Source: a virus
Lineage: Duplodnaviria; Caudoviricetes
Reading direction: 5' to 3' (one strand)
IMG/VR virus record: IMGVR_UViG_3300031953_000001
DNA: 64,000 nucleotides
In this document: one piece after another, positions 10,406 to 19,334 of the stretch
Layout of the letters: each line of letters opens with the position of its first letter
Position numbering within the stretch: position 1 is the first letter of the stretch
Program-made: the position numbers and the translations under genes
The notes under the pieces: generated by a model
What the model was told of the DNA's origin: nothing
What the model saw: the letters and a program-made list of their open reading frames with translations, nothing else
The model's database searches: none

Positions 10406-10800
10406 CCCACGAACTCATGTTGCACCAGATGACCGTGAAGAAACTCACCTTACGGTTGAATCTTACCCCACGTGACGTCGAGATGCTCTTGTTGCTACAC
10501 ACCAGCCGCTCACTCAGCACCCCCAGTATCTACCGCTTGACCGGCACCCGCAAAAGTGAGATCAACAAGATCGTCGGTCCTAAGTTGGAAGCCGCGGGTT
10601 GGGTGCGACGAGAATCGGTGGTTCACAGTCAGAAACCCGGACTGCCCACCAACCGCTGGTCGCTGATCACAGAGAGCATTCATCCCCTGGAACAACTGAT
10701 TCTTGATATACGTCGAGAAACGTTGATGAGCCTGGGACTGGTGTTCAGCGCCGATGAGGTATGGTCCACCCCTTCGCCTTGCTCAATGGAGGGTTTGTAA
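10402..10800 (+). CDS. winged helix-turn-helix (MarR-like) protein
   Basis: LNLTPRDVEMLLLL...STPSIYRLTG...LEAAGWVRR pattern. Confidence 0.6.
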   Translation: MTHELMLHQMTVKKLTLRLNLTPRDVEMLLLLHTSRSLSTPSIYRLTGTRKSEINKIVGPKLEAAGWVRRESVVHSQKPGLPTNRWSLITESIHPLEQLILDIRRETLMSLGLVFSADEVWSTPSPCSMEGL

Positions 10801-10801
10801 T

Positions 10802-11200
10802 GTGGCCACACCTATAACCACGGTCGCTCGAGTCATTGAGCGTCTGAGTATCGAGTTGCAAGTCACTCCTCGACAAGTAGAGTTGCTGTTGACCATTTAT
10901 GAATTGAAGTCCATCGGCTTGACCGATTTAGCAGAGCTGTACGACATCCGCTCAAACACCGCTGAAACCCACGTTTTAAAGTTAGTGGAAAAAGGATGGG
11001 TTGAGCGCAAGAGCTATTCAGAGGACGACCGTTTCTCGGTCATCGCTGATCGTCGTAAGGATCTGACTCAACTGCTATCGTACCACGTTCGTACCTTAAG
11101 GTACTTAGGGGGACTCTTAACCCGCAAACACAGCAGCCGCGCCAAAACAAAAGAGGTAGAGGTTGGGGTGAGTCCACCCATACTGAGGCATCCGCTGTAG
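10802..11200 (+). CDS. winged helix-turn-helix (MarR-like) protein, paralog of the upstream gene
   Basis: LQVTPRQVELLLTI...LTDLAELY...LVEKGWVER; GTG start directly after the upstream stop. Confidence 0.6.
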   Translation: MATPITTVARVIERLSIELQVTPRQVELLLTIYELKSIGLTDLAELYDIRSNTAETHVLKLVEKGWVERKSYSEDDRFSVIADRRKDLTQLLSYHVRTLRYLGGLLTRKHSSRAKTKEVEVGVSPPILRHPL

Positions 11201-11229
11201 TTTTTGATCTAGACGCTTGGTTTATAGAA

Positions 11230-11260
11230 GGCTCTGTCGTACGTTCAGAGCCCTATTCCG
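11230..11260 (+). terminator. hairpin + TATTCCG element
   Basis: GGCTCTG / CAGAGCC stem followed by CTATTCCG. Confidence 0.55.
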
Positions 11261-11392
11261 TGTACCCACCACGTATGCACGACCTGTTCCTTTAACGTTG
11301 TCTGTAGAGCGTCTTAGGCGAGCTGAGAGGGTGCGGGGCAAACCGCGCTTCCTGGTGGTTGATTTATAGCCAATAATGGCGTAGGAGATTGT

Positions 11393-11935
11393 ATGACCGA
11401 AGCAACTGACCCTGGTATCACCGACTCAGAGATCCGCGACATCGCGGTGTCGTCTGGGTTCACTGTTCGAGAACAACCCGATGGAGACACAGACTTAAAC
11501 CCATACGTGTACGAATTCGCCAGAACCTTAATCAAACGCGCCCGAGGCGTGTTACATCACCCCGTTCGAAACAGCAAATTCGTGTTGGTGGTGAAAGTAG
11601 ATAGACGCACCGGCGCTACAGTTGCATACGACGCCGCTGTCAGCGTCGTTGAGGCAGTAAATCGGTGGCAAGCTGAGATGGGGTTGGCCTCTGGTATGGA
11701 CTTGCTGGAGGAGATCACAGAAGCTCCAGTGATGTGGGGTAAAGTCCTGGCGAACAACCTAGACGATGCCCACAGCTATCTGATGGTTAGAGGTAACGAG
11801 CTATCGGACATGGGTGCCACCATCAATGCCTTGATCCATAAGCGCTGGCCCAGCGAGACATCAATAACCAACCCACTGACCCGCGACGACATAGCTCAAC
11901 TGGCAGATACGTTAGACGAACCTCTTCGTAGCTAA
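11393..11935 (+). CDS. hypothetical protein
   Basis: AGGAG RBS, 180 aa. Confidence 0.65.
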   Translation: MTEATDPGITDSEIRDIAVSSGFTVREQPDGDTDLNPYVYEFARTLIKRARGVLHHPVRNSKFVLVVKVDRRTGATVAYDAAVSVVEAVNRWQAEMGLASGMDLLEEITEAPVMWGKVLANNLDDAHSYLMVRGNELSDMGATINALIHKRWPSETSITNPLTRDDIAQLADTLDEPLRS

Positions 11936-11956
11936 GAAAGACTTTAGGAGGAAGGT

Positions 11957-12370
11957 ATGGACTTTTTTATAGCGTTAGGGGTGGTGTTAGGGACAGTGAT
12001 GATCATCCCTGTAGGCGGAGGGTTACGAAAGATCTATTGCATACGTCGCCAGCGAAAGTTGTTGGAGAAATACATTGGTGTCCGGTCTAACATGGGGGAG
12101 CTGGTCAGTCTGCTGTGCACCCTCGATGAGAATGAAACGCCCGCAGCCACCGAGCGGAGGCGTCAACTGGAAGCGCGCACCGGAGAGTTAACGCACACCC
12201 TGGTCTTCCCACAGGGGCGTAAAGACCCTGAGGTGATCCGCCAGCTAAGACACATGGGCTTTCCCTTGGAGTACAGCCCTAAACACGCGTACAAGTACGT
12301 GTTATCAACCACCGTCGTCATGGTGGACATGAACGTCCCCGTCCCAACCACAGAAGCGTATCGGATTTAA
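11957..12370 (+). CDS. hypothetical membrane-anchored protein
   Basis: AGGAGG RBS; N-terminal hydrophobic helix. Confidence 0.65.
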   Translation: MDFFIALGVVLGTVMIIPVGGGLRKIYCIRRQRKLLEKYIGVRSNMGELVSLLCTLDENETPAATERRRQLEARTGELTHTLVFPQGRKDPEVIRQLRHMGFPLEYSPKHAYKYVLSTTVVMVDMNVPVPTTEAYRI

Positions 12371-12516
12371 AAGAAACCCGAGTTAATTCAGCCCCTTAAG
12401 GAGATCCTTGTGTTCAACAATTAACACCATCACCACGGTTTAATTACCGTAATACTAAGCTATCGATTGAAATACCGCGAACGCGGTTAAATCGACAGTC
12501 GGTCAGGAGAGATCCC

Positions 12517-12981
12517 ATGGACAAAACCGTACATACCGTTTTTGATTTGCGCAGCGTATTGACCCGATCCCCCGGCAGTTATCAGGTACTTCTACGCACC
12601 CCCGACCGAGGCCTGCAAATGGTCCACATGGTCGAAGTTAATCGCGGAGGCTACCCCTCCATCGTACTGGAAGCAGTGGGTACCCCTGACAATCTGGTGC
12701 CCTTGTCGACTCTCATCAAACACGACCGGTTTTACTTTCAAGAACACGACGACGAGGAGTTCGAGGTCATCGCGGTTGATTGTGAGCCGAGTCACGAGTT
12801 GGTTATGGAGATTCGAAGTCTCAAAGCCGGCTGGCGAGGACGCATCGGCTTAATGACCGGAGCCGCCGATTGGGCCCGAGGTCAGTATTACAACACCTTG
12901 GTCACCCCTAATCGACGTGGGGAAGATCGAGGGATACCGCCTGCCACAGGTCCCATCCCAGAACGCAGACGAGATCGGTAA
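12517..12981 (+). CDS. hypothetical protein
   Basis: AGGAGA RBS, 154 aa. Confidence 0.6.
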   Translation: MDKTVHTVFDLRSVLTRSPGSYQVLLRTPDRGLQMVHMVEVNRGGYPSIVLEAVGTPDNLVPLSTLIKHDRFYFQEHDDEEFEVIAVDCEPSHELVMEIRSLKAGWRGRIGLMTGAADWARGQYYNTLVTPNRRGEDRGIPPATGPIPERRRDR

Positions 12982-13046
12982 CATAACGGGGGGCCATGCG
13001 CCCCCTAAGTACGTTGTTCGTTTAACCAACAATAAAGGACGTAGAA

Positions 13047-13493
13047 ATGCCTGAAGAAGCTACACACAGTCCCCACATACGCGCCAGTGCTCCGGAGAGC
13101 TCTGTTCGCAAGCCAATACTGGCCGTAGACTTCGATGGAACGCTGCACGCCTACACCAGTGGTTGGAAAGGCGCCGATATAGTGTCTGACCCCCCCATCA
13201 GCGGTGCCATGCGATTTCTGACCGACGCGTCAGAGAAGTTTGAAGTACACATCTATTCTTCCCGTTCCAACCAACCCGGCGGCATAATGGCGATGTACGA
13301 TTGGTTAAGTGAGGAACTGGCGCGGTATTGGATCGATCAACCCGACTTCGGGGCTAAGGTACTCAGCCGCATCAAGTTTCCTAAAGACAAACCTCAAGCT
13401 GAAGTCATACTCGATGACCGAGCGGTGACCTTTAATGGCATTTACCCAGACATAGATGCGCTGTTGGCGTTTAAACCCTGGAATAAGAAGTAA
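13047..13493 (+). CDS. HAD-superfamily phosphatase
   Basis: Motif I AVDFDGT, motif II YSSR, motif III/IV KP...ILDDR. Confidence 0.85.
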   Translation: MPEEATHSPHIRASAPESSVRKPILAVDFDGTLHAYTSGWKGADIVSDPPISGAMRFLTDASEKFEVHIYSSRSNQPGGIMAMYDWLSEELARYWIDQPDFGAKVLSRIKFPKDKPQAEVILDDRAVTFNGIYPDIDALLAFKPWNKK

Positions 13494-13545
13494 CGTCACG
13501 ATACTAGGAAGGCAATGCCTTCCCTTATGCCCAAAGGTCAGAGTT

Positions 13546-13899
13546 ATGATTGATTCTGAGTTTCAAAACTACAGCTTAAGAGTGGATTTGCAAGTGCTGC
13601 TCCGATATGAGGCCCTAGGCGCTTCAGTGGCGCAAGTCGTTCGTAGGTTAACTTACACCCACGCTTACCCCACGGTGGTGCACGTACACTTTGACGAGCC
13701 GGTGGAGCGTACTGGAACAACCCCGCCGGAATCCGCAGTGTATGACATGCCGGTAATCATGGGGGTGTTCGATAAACCTCGATCGCGCAACGTTTTGTTC
13801 AATGTAAAGTTAGCAGAGACACACATCACCGATTGTTTCAATCAACCGTTACGTCGATTGGACATCCACTACAACGAAGTCGATCAACCCACACATTAG
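13546..13899 (+). CDS. hypothetical protein
   Basis: In-frame ATG 13546 downstream of a hairpin. Confidence 0.55.
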   Translation: MIDSEFQNYSLRVDLQVLLRYEALGASVAQVVRRLTYTHAYPTVVHVHFDEPVERTGTTPPESAVYDMPVIMGVFDKPRSRNVLFNVKLAETHITDCFNQPLRRLDIHYNEVDQPTH

Positions 13900-13911
13900 G
13901 AGAACACCGAT

Positions 13912-14025
13912 ATGAGCGATCAAGTACAATGCGGTTCATGCTGCGAAGTCAAAGACAAAAAAGAAGTTCAAGACAACGGCCACCGGTGTCCTGAATGTGG
14001 CGGTAAAGAGTTTCGTCCAACTTAA
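13912..14025 (+). CDS. 37-aa zinc-ribbon microprotein (absent from ORF track)
   Basis: AGGAGA RBS; MSDQVQCGSCCEVKDKKEVQDNGHRCPECGGKEFRPT with two CxxC pairs. Confidence 0.7.
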   Translation: MSDQVQCGSCCEVKDKKEVQDNGHRCPECGGKEFRPT

Positions 14026-14035
14026 GGAATCGCAC

Positions 14036-14449
14036 ATGTCCGACCGTATCTTAGATTACAACTACGCTCGCAACCACTCGGCTAAAACGGAGCTGGAGTA
14101 TGTGCTCACTCACCCTCCCGCAAAGACGTCGTCAAAAGACATCATCGTCGAAACCCACGTCATGGGTCTGGATGGGAAGACTTACATTAAGTACGCCACG
14201 GTCAGTTTGAACGAACTGGCTAAACGTTCGTACCTTATACACTGGGGTTCTCAACACCCCTCGATCCTGTACACCGACGTGGCATATCTACCCAACGACA
14301 TCCGAGTGTATAAGAGTGTTCACAACACCTTACCCATCCACCGTCTGACGGCAATGGAACAGGCGATGATGAAGAGGAACTTTAAGATGTACTTGGCGCA
14401 GAGTCTTAGCCACTGGGGTAAAGTGGACACGGTTAAGTCTAAGGGTTAA
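14036..14449 (+). CDS. hypothetical protein
   Basis: AAGGA RBS before ATG 14036. Confidence 0.6.
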   Translation: MSDRILDYNYARNHSAKTELEYVLTHPPAKTSSKDIIVETHVMGLDGKTYIKYATVSLNELAKRSYLIHWGSQHPSILYTDVAYLPNDIRVYKSVHNTLPIHRLTAMEQAMMKRNFKMYLAQSLSHWGKVDTVKSKG

Positions 14450-14494
14450 CCTACCCTCACGAAATGGTGTTTATTTTGTCATTCCATTGAAATA

Positions 14495-14513
14495 CAAACC
14501 TATATCACACAGG
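14495..14513 (+). promoter_or_regulatory. putative early phage promoter motif
   Basis: CAAACCTATATCACACAGG, repeated exactly at 61360-61378; resembles the phiKZ early motif TATATTAC. Confidence 0.6.
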
Positions 14514-14570
14514 GGAGTATGCACCTACTTAACCGATGCTAATCTAACCTCTACGAATAAGGAATTTGAT

Positions 14571-15110
14571 ATGACCAAGTCTACTCTTGAAACCAACGTG
14601 TTTATGGAAATCGCCGAGGAACTGATTGCCTCCGACGTTCCTGTTCAGGACATGATCAATAAGACTGCACTATCGCCTGCGCAGTTTTATCGGGACTTCC
14701 GAGAATACTTCGATTGTACTCCTACCGAATACCGGGTAGCCGGACGGCAAGCGCAGCAAGCGCGTGAAGAGAAAGTCAAGACCGAAGAGGTGTTCAATTT
14801 CACCGTGAATATGCAGCAGGCGGGACTCTACCCCCAAGGCATGGCTCACACCGGACATGGTCCAATGAATGCTGAGTTCGTTATACCTTTGGTGGTGAAC
14901 GGCCAGTATGGGTTTACCGCGTACGTTGTCCCCATCTCAGGAAGTTGCCCCACCCGCGACCCAGTCAATTTTCTCCGCAGTGAATACAGAGACTACTTCA
15001 ACGCCCAGGTGGTAGATACTCTTATACCCTATTTCCATGGGCAGCTCGACATTGCGTATCTTCAGACCCTTAGTTTAGCTCAAACCGCACGCCGAGGCGC
15101 AGCTTGGTAG
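14571..15110 (+). CDS. protein with N-terminal AraC-type helix-turn-helix
   Basis: VQDMINKTALSPAQFYRDFREYFDCTPTEYR matches the AraC second-HTH consensus. Confidence 0.7.
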   Translation: MTKSTLETNVFMEIAEELIASDVPVQDMINKTALSPAQFYRDFREYFDCTPTEYRVAGRQAQQAREEKVKTEEVFNFTVNMQQAGLYPQGMAHTGHGPMNAEFVIPLVVNGQYGFTAYVVPISGSCPTRDPVNFLRSEYRDYFNAQVVDTLIPYFHGQLDIAYLQTLSLAQTARRGAAW

Positions 15111-15159
15111 TAAGAAAACAATCTACACAAACACCCCACAACCTTTAGGAGAAGTCCCC

Positions 15160-15303
15160 ATGAATGTCCTCATGTACACCGTCTTGATTGTAGTTATCTT
15201 CACAACCGTCGATTACGCTATTGTTAAATGGAACGACAAACGCAAAAGGCGCGCAGAGATCAAAGCGTCATTTGCAAACAGAAAACCCACAATCATTTAT
15301 TAA
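15160..15303 (+). CDS. 47-aa single-TM microprotein (absent from ORF track)
   Basis: AGGAGA RBS; MNVLMYTVLIVVIFTTVDYAIVKWNDKRKRR... Confidence 0.6.
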   Translation: MNVLMYTVLIVVIFTTVDYAIVKWNDKRKRRAEIKASFANRKPTIIY

Positions 15304-15334
15304 CCCCCCCCCCCTAAGTAACAAGGACACCAGC

Positions 15335-15754
15335 ATGTATCAAGTTTATGGATTTGCCATCTCGTCGTACATCGATAAGAACGGCCTACCCCACGTCCCT
15401 ATGATTGTGGTCGATCCTGATCTGGGGGTTATACTGCAAAAAGCCGTAGCTCCATTAACCGAGTTACTCGAACAAATTACTGGAAATGAGACCTCTGAGA
15501 CAATCGTCGCCGGCACCCTTGTGCGCTACTTGCATGAGATAGACTCTGAGTCGGTGGTGAAGTTGCTTGAGTTACTGTACCTTGGCGATTTGGACGAGCA
15601 ATACGACCAGGCCCCCCAGGTATATCTGGCCATCGACACCGACGAAGACGATCTGGAAGATAAGCTGATTGCCTTGGTGGGCGACGTTGAAGACGACGAC
15701 GAACTCGATGAAGACTACCTCGACGAACTCGAAGAGCTTGAAGACGAGAACTGA
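15335..15754 (+). CDS. acidic hypothetical protein
   Basis: AAGGA RBS; C-terminus DVEDDDELDEDYLDELEELEDEN. Confidence 0.65.
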   Translation: MYQVYGFAISSYIDKNGLPHVPMIVVDPDLGVILQKAVAPLTELLEQITGNETSETIVAGTLVRYLHEIDSESVVKLLELLYLGDLDEQYDQAPQVYLAIDTDEDDLEDKLIALVGDVEDDDELDEDYLDELEELEDEN

Positions 15755-15762
15755 TTAACTGA

Positions 15763-15791
15763 GGTCGGGGTAAATCCCCGGCCCTATTCCG
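15763..15791 (+). terminator. hairpin + TATTCCG element
   Basis: GGTCGGGG-taaat-CCCCGGCC then CTATTCCG. Confidence 0.55.
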
Positions 15792-15836
15792 CAAGATCCT
15801 TCTATTTTCTAAAAACTTCACATAGAGAACACTAAA

Positions 15837-16535
15837 ATGAACAACACTAACGATCGCGTATACAGCCAAAAACCCCGCCGTTCGATTCTCAGCGGCGGGT
15901 CAACACCCGAAGAGACAACCGACACCACTGGAACCCACCTGAAGCGTCACACTGGAAACTTGCACGCCGCTTCTTTGTTGGCCTCGTCTGGGGTTGATCG
16001 ATCTGCCGTCTTACCCGCCTTGTTCGTAGGGGGCACTTTGGTGGTGGTGTCTAAGGACATCCACGAAGACGATGAGATCAACGAGCTCCGCCCGGAGTGG
16101 TTTTGGTCCGAACGCGAGCAATGCAGCGACTACACCCGAGTGTCGATCTCATACGCCATGGCGGTTGCGTGTCAGGACGACCTGATCTCAACGGCTAATG
16201 CATTTATCGGCGTTCGTGTCTATACCGCCGTGGTGGATGATGTGACGTACCGTTTGCCTATCTCATACACCGACGATCTGGTGCTGTTGTGTTTACTGGA
16301 CCCCAGTGTGTGGTCGAAGCCTGAGTTGATGTACCCGTCGTGGATTGAGGCTTGGGTAACCACCCACAGCTCCACCGATCGGGTTCTTACCGAAGGGGTG
16401 AGGGCAGCGTTGCTGCTGCAAGCGGATGCGCTGCGCCAAAGAGTCGATGTCGCCACTGACGTGAAATCATCAGACGCATCTACGCCCCGCGCCCCAAAGA
16501 AACCCCGAGCTAAACCCATCGTACGTAAGTCGTGA
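15837..16535 (+). CDS. hypothetical protein
   Basis: 232-aa ORF. Confidence 0.6.
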   Translation: MNNTNDRVYSQKPRRSILSGGSTPEETTDTTGTHLKRHTGNLHAASLLASSGVDRSAVLPALFVGGTLVVVSKDIHEDDEINELRPEWFWSEREQCSDYTRVSISYAMAVACQDDLISTANAFIGVRVYTAVVDDVTYRLPISYTDDLVLLCLLDPSVWSKPELMYPSWIEAWVTTHSSTDRVLTEGVRAALLLQADALRQRVDVATDVKSSDASTPRAPKKPRAKPIVRKS

Positions 16536-16608
16536 CTTAAAGCGGGTCTGTTATTTTGTACAGGCCCGCTACATCTATCGACCCTAACCGGGCTTGGACG
16601 TGAGTCCA

Positions 16609-16645
16609 CAGTGGGACTTCCGCGCCCACTGCAGATATGCCGTTT
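16609..16645 (+). terminator. hairpin + TATGCCG element
   Basis: CAGTGGG / CCCACTG stem then ATATGCCGTTT and a T-run. Confidence 0.5.
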
Positions 16646-16685
16646 ATTCTTTTTTTGACATCACAGCCTCTATGGAGACACAGTT

Positions 16686-17183
16686 ATGACTATTTCAACC
16701 GACGAAGCCAAAGCGTTAGTAACCACCCAGTTGTACACCACCCAGTTGGAGTGTGAGACGTCGATCCTCTTGGAATACACTGACATCCTGGACCGAGTAA
16801 TTGAAGCCTTAGCCCTCAAAGACCCTCGGTACGTGTACCGCCACGGCGAGGCGGTGTTCGTTGATGAGGCCATCGTGGAAGGGTATCTTCAGATCGAGTT
16901 GATTGACTTTAACCTCGACGACGAATCCCATCCAGAACACCACTGGATAGTGGATGGCGATGAGTTGGACACCACCAAATGGCGACTCGACGACATCACC
17001 CTGGGGTTTAAACTGTCGGGCGTCGAGGTCAACCCCCTGCCCGCGTACATTGAGGTAGAGCAGGTGGACTATGTCACTGACACCGATCAGCCTGACCGTG
17101 AGGATTTCAAATTCAAACGCACGTATCTGGTGAACATTCGTTTGTTAGAGCGTCCCGCGTTTATTCGCCCCGCAGCGGAGTGA
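16686..17183 (+). CDS. hypothetical protein (paralog of the next gene)
   Basis: LEY...IEALALKDPRYV...LQIELIDF. Confidence 0.6.
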   Translation: MTISTDEAKALVTTQLYTTQLECETSILLEYTDILDRVIEALALKDPRYVYRHGEAVFVDEAIVEGYLQIELIDFNLDDESHPEHHWIVDGDELDTTKWRLDDITLGFKLSGVEVNPLPAYIEVEQVDYVTDTDQPDREDFKFKRTYLVNIRLLERPAFIRPAAE

Positions 17184-17190
17184 TCTCTTT

Positions 17191-17649
17191 ATGATGAATC
17201 CCGAGTACGCCAACGCCATTGTAGACAACATGGCCGTCACCATGATCCGGTTGTACGGCATCGTGTTGTCCGAATACCCCAACGCCCTCAAGCAAGCCGT
17301 AGAGACCTTAGCGCATGAAGACGTGCGTTACGTACAACACGGCAACCGTAAGATCTGGATTGGCCATGCGGCTATTGCAACCGAGTTGCAAATAGACGTG
17401 ATGGAGTTTGACGTGGCCCAGGAAGTGGAGCCTGAGCAACCAGTACGCCCTAACGGCACGCACCTAGGGCAACGCCGGTTTGAGGTAAAGAACGTGCCCC
17501 TTACGGTGCAAGATGCGCGCAAGCAAGTCGCGTGTACGGTCGTGGTGATCATTGACGACTACCTCCCGCCTTCTGAGGCTGTCTTGGAAGACACCGCTGA
17601 CTTAAAATACGAACGCTCGATTCAAGTGGCGTTCTACATCAATTCGTGA
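17191..17649 (+). CDS. hypothetical protein (paralog of the previous gene)
   Basis: LSEY...VETLAHEDVRYV...LQIDVMEF. Confidence 0.6.
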   Translation: MMNPEYANAIVDNMAVTMIRLYGIVLSEYPNALKQAVETLAHEDVRYVQHGNRKIWIGHAAIATELQIDVMEFDVAQEVEPEQPVRPNGTHLGQRRFEVKNVPLTVQDARKQVACTVVVIIDDYLPPSEAVLEDTADLKYERSIQVAFYINS

Positions 17650-17659
17650 GGATATCTAG

Positions 17660-17968
17660 ATGCACGATCAAAACGGCGACCGGAATGACGTGAGAAAAGG
17701 GGTAACCGAGCCGCGTCTCTCGGAGGCGTTTGTTAAAGACTTGGTTAAGCGACACAATTGCCCAATCACCACCCGGGCCGTCAACGCCCTAACCGCAGGG
17801 GGAGTTGACACCGAGGAGAAGTTACTTAAGCTTACTGAGTACGACTTACGCAGAGCGCCTAATGTGGGTCCCCACACAGCGCAAAGCATCGTGGAACTTC
17901 AACGTCGAGTGACCGGTGATGTTAACTTAAGAAACCACCTGCTTCAGGGATTAAACGACAAAAATTGA
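17660..17968 (+). CDS. RNA polymerase alpha-subunit C-terminal-domain-like protein
   Basis: ITTRAVNALTAGGVDTEEKLLKLTEYDLRRAPNVGPHTAQSI aligns by eye with the alpha-CTD consensus LSVRAYNCLKRAGINTVGDL...NFGKKS. Confidence 0.7.
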   Translation: MHDQNGDRNDVRKGVTEPRLSEAFVKDLVKRHNCPITTRAVNALTAGGVDTEEKLLKLTEYDLRRAPNVGPHTAQSIVELQRRVTGDVNLRNHLLQGLNDKN

Positions 17969-17978
17969 GGAAAGAATC

Positions 17979-19232
17979 ATGGACCTGAAAACACACGCTT
18001 TTTTCGTTGAAGTCGCCGCTGGTGCCACTATGTATCGTCGTCCTCTGGTTATTAACGATGGCGTGGTAACCATCGCCGAAGAGCATGGTGGCGCCGTCGA
18101 AGTCCCCGAGGCAAAGAACGGGAAGCGGATGGTAATGCATTTGGTCGCCGAACGATCTACACCAGACGGGCAGAGGTACATTCAGGTATTAACCGGTTAC
18201 ACCGATCGCGGTGTTGAAAAATCGCACGTCCTGGACCCAGAAACAAAGATTTACTTCAACCGGTTGGTGTCTGCCAGCGGAATAGGTCAAGCGCTGAGCG
18301 CGCGTTGGACCGGGCAGATATTCACACCTAATTCTCCTATGGGCTCTGGAATGCCAATGCGAAGATTGGCCCCAGAAGACATCGTAGGAGAATTGGCATT
18401 TCAAAGAGAGTTCCACTTCGAAAGTGGGATTGAGGATGCGAGATCGTACATTTACGGACTTAAACTGACCGACGCTGCCTTTCTAGAACCGACGACGTAT
18501 CTGTCCAAAATACAGGAGACATACACCCGCACACTGTCTGAGTGGGAGGAGAGCTCTCTATTTGATGACAACGATGACCGGCCCCTCGACGTGTGTTTGA
18601 ATCGACTGAAGTCTATGCCAATGGCTTGCAGTCCGATCTTGGCGAGAATACGGATGATGAATGACCATCTACTCAACAACTACATCACGTACGAGCAATT
18701 TAATCAATTAGTTGACGACAAAGACGTGGTGGTGGTTTTGCAGTCCGATACCGAGAAAAACAATCCTGCACCATCACATGACTGGAACAACAACGACCTG
18801 GAAACATTGGTCTGCGCCCGGCTGGAAGCAGAGCTGCCGACGGTGATGATTAACCGGGGAGTCGTCCAATGGGGGTTTAGCATTGTGTTTGATGGAGTAG
18901 GCTCTAGCGTCAAGTTCTACGCTTTAGATACGGAATTGACAACGGAACACCCACCCACCCTGATATCCGAACTCGAACGGCGAGTGATCGACATACTGAC
19001 ACCGTATATGGATGAGTTGAGTACCCTCGAGGTTACCGGCGCCAATATCCATAACAGTCGATATGTCATCACGTCAAATACGGGGAAACCTCGCACCTAC
19101 ATCGCACCTACGTATATGAATTCCATGTACAGTAGCTACTTGTCATCAGACTCAAAACACTTTGTGAAACTCGCCAAGACGGTGGAGGACTCCTTGGTGA
19201 ATCTTGGATTGGATGTCGTCACTAAGCACTGA
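17979..19232 (+). CDS. conserved jumbo-phage protein, putatively phiKZ gp69 (PicA/Imp1)-like
   Basis: Co-linear motifs TGYTD..LDP..YFN, L.PEDIV, PT.YLS.I, W..ND.ET, TY.AP.Y match a recalled Chimalliviridae family; family name from memory, unverified. Confidence 0.45.
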   Translation: MDLKTHAFFVEVAAGATMYRRPLVINDGVVTIAEEHGGAVEVPEAKNGKRMVMHLVAERSTPDGQRYIQVLTGYTDRGVEKSHVLDPETKIYFNRLVSASGIGQALSARWTGQIFTPNSPMGSGMPMRRLAPEDIVGELAFQREFHFESGIEDARSYIYGLKLTDAAFLEPTTYLSKIQETYTRTLSEWEESSLFDDNDDRPLDVCLNRLKSMPMACSPILARIRMMNDHLLNNYITYEQFNQLVDDKDVVVVLQSDTEKNNPAPSHDWNNNDLETLVCARLEAELPTVMINRGVVQWGFSIVFDGVGSSVKFYALDTELTTEHPPTLISELERRVIDILTPYMDELSTLEVTGANIHNSRYVITSNTGKPRTYIAPTYMNSMYSSYLSSDSKHFVKLAKTVEDSLVNLGLDVVTKH

Positions 19233-19296
19233 CGCATACAGTCAACCGTCCAAATCCAAGATATCCTTTTAATAGTCAGGTGTAAGTCCATTGCAA

Positions 19297-19334
19297 AATA
19301 AGAGGAGGGCGCTTGCCCTCCTCTTATTTTTTGT
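19297..19334. terminator. bidirectional terminator
   Basis: AATAAGAGGAGGGC-gctt-GCCCTCCTCTTATT + T-run between convergent units; nearly identical to 734-755. Confidence 0.85.

Noticed and set aside
12395-12424. AAGGAG followed by GTG TTC AAC AAT TAA mini-ORF
   Set aside because: Only four codons; cannot be distinguished from chance or a decayed gene start
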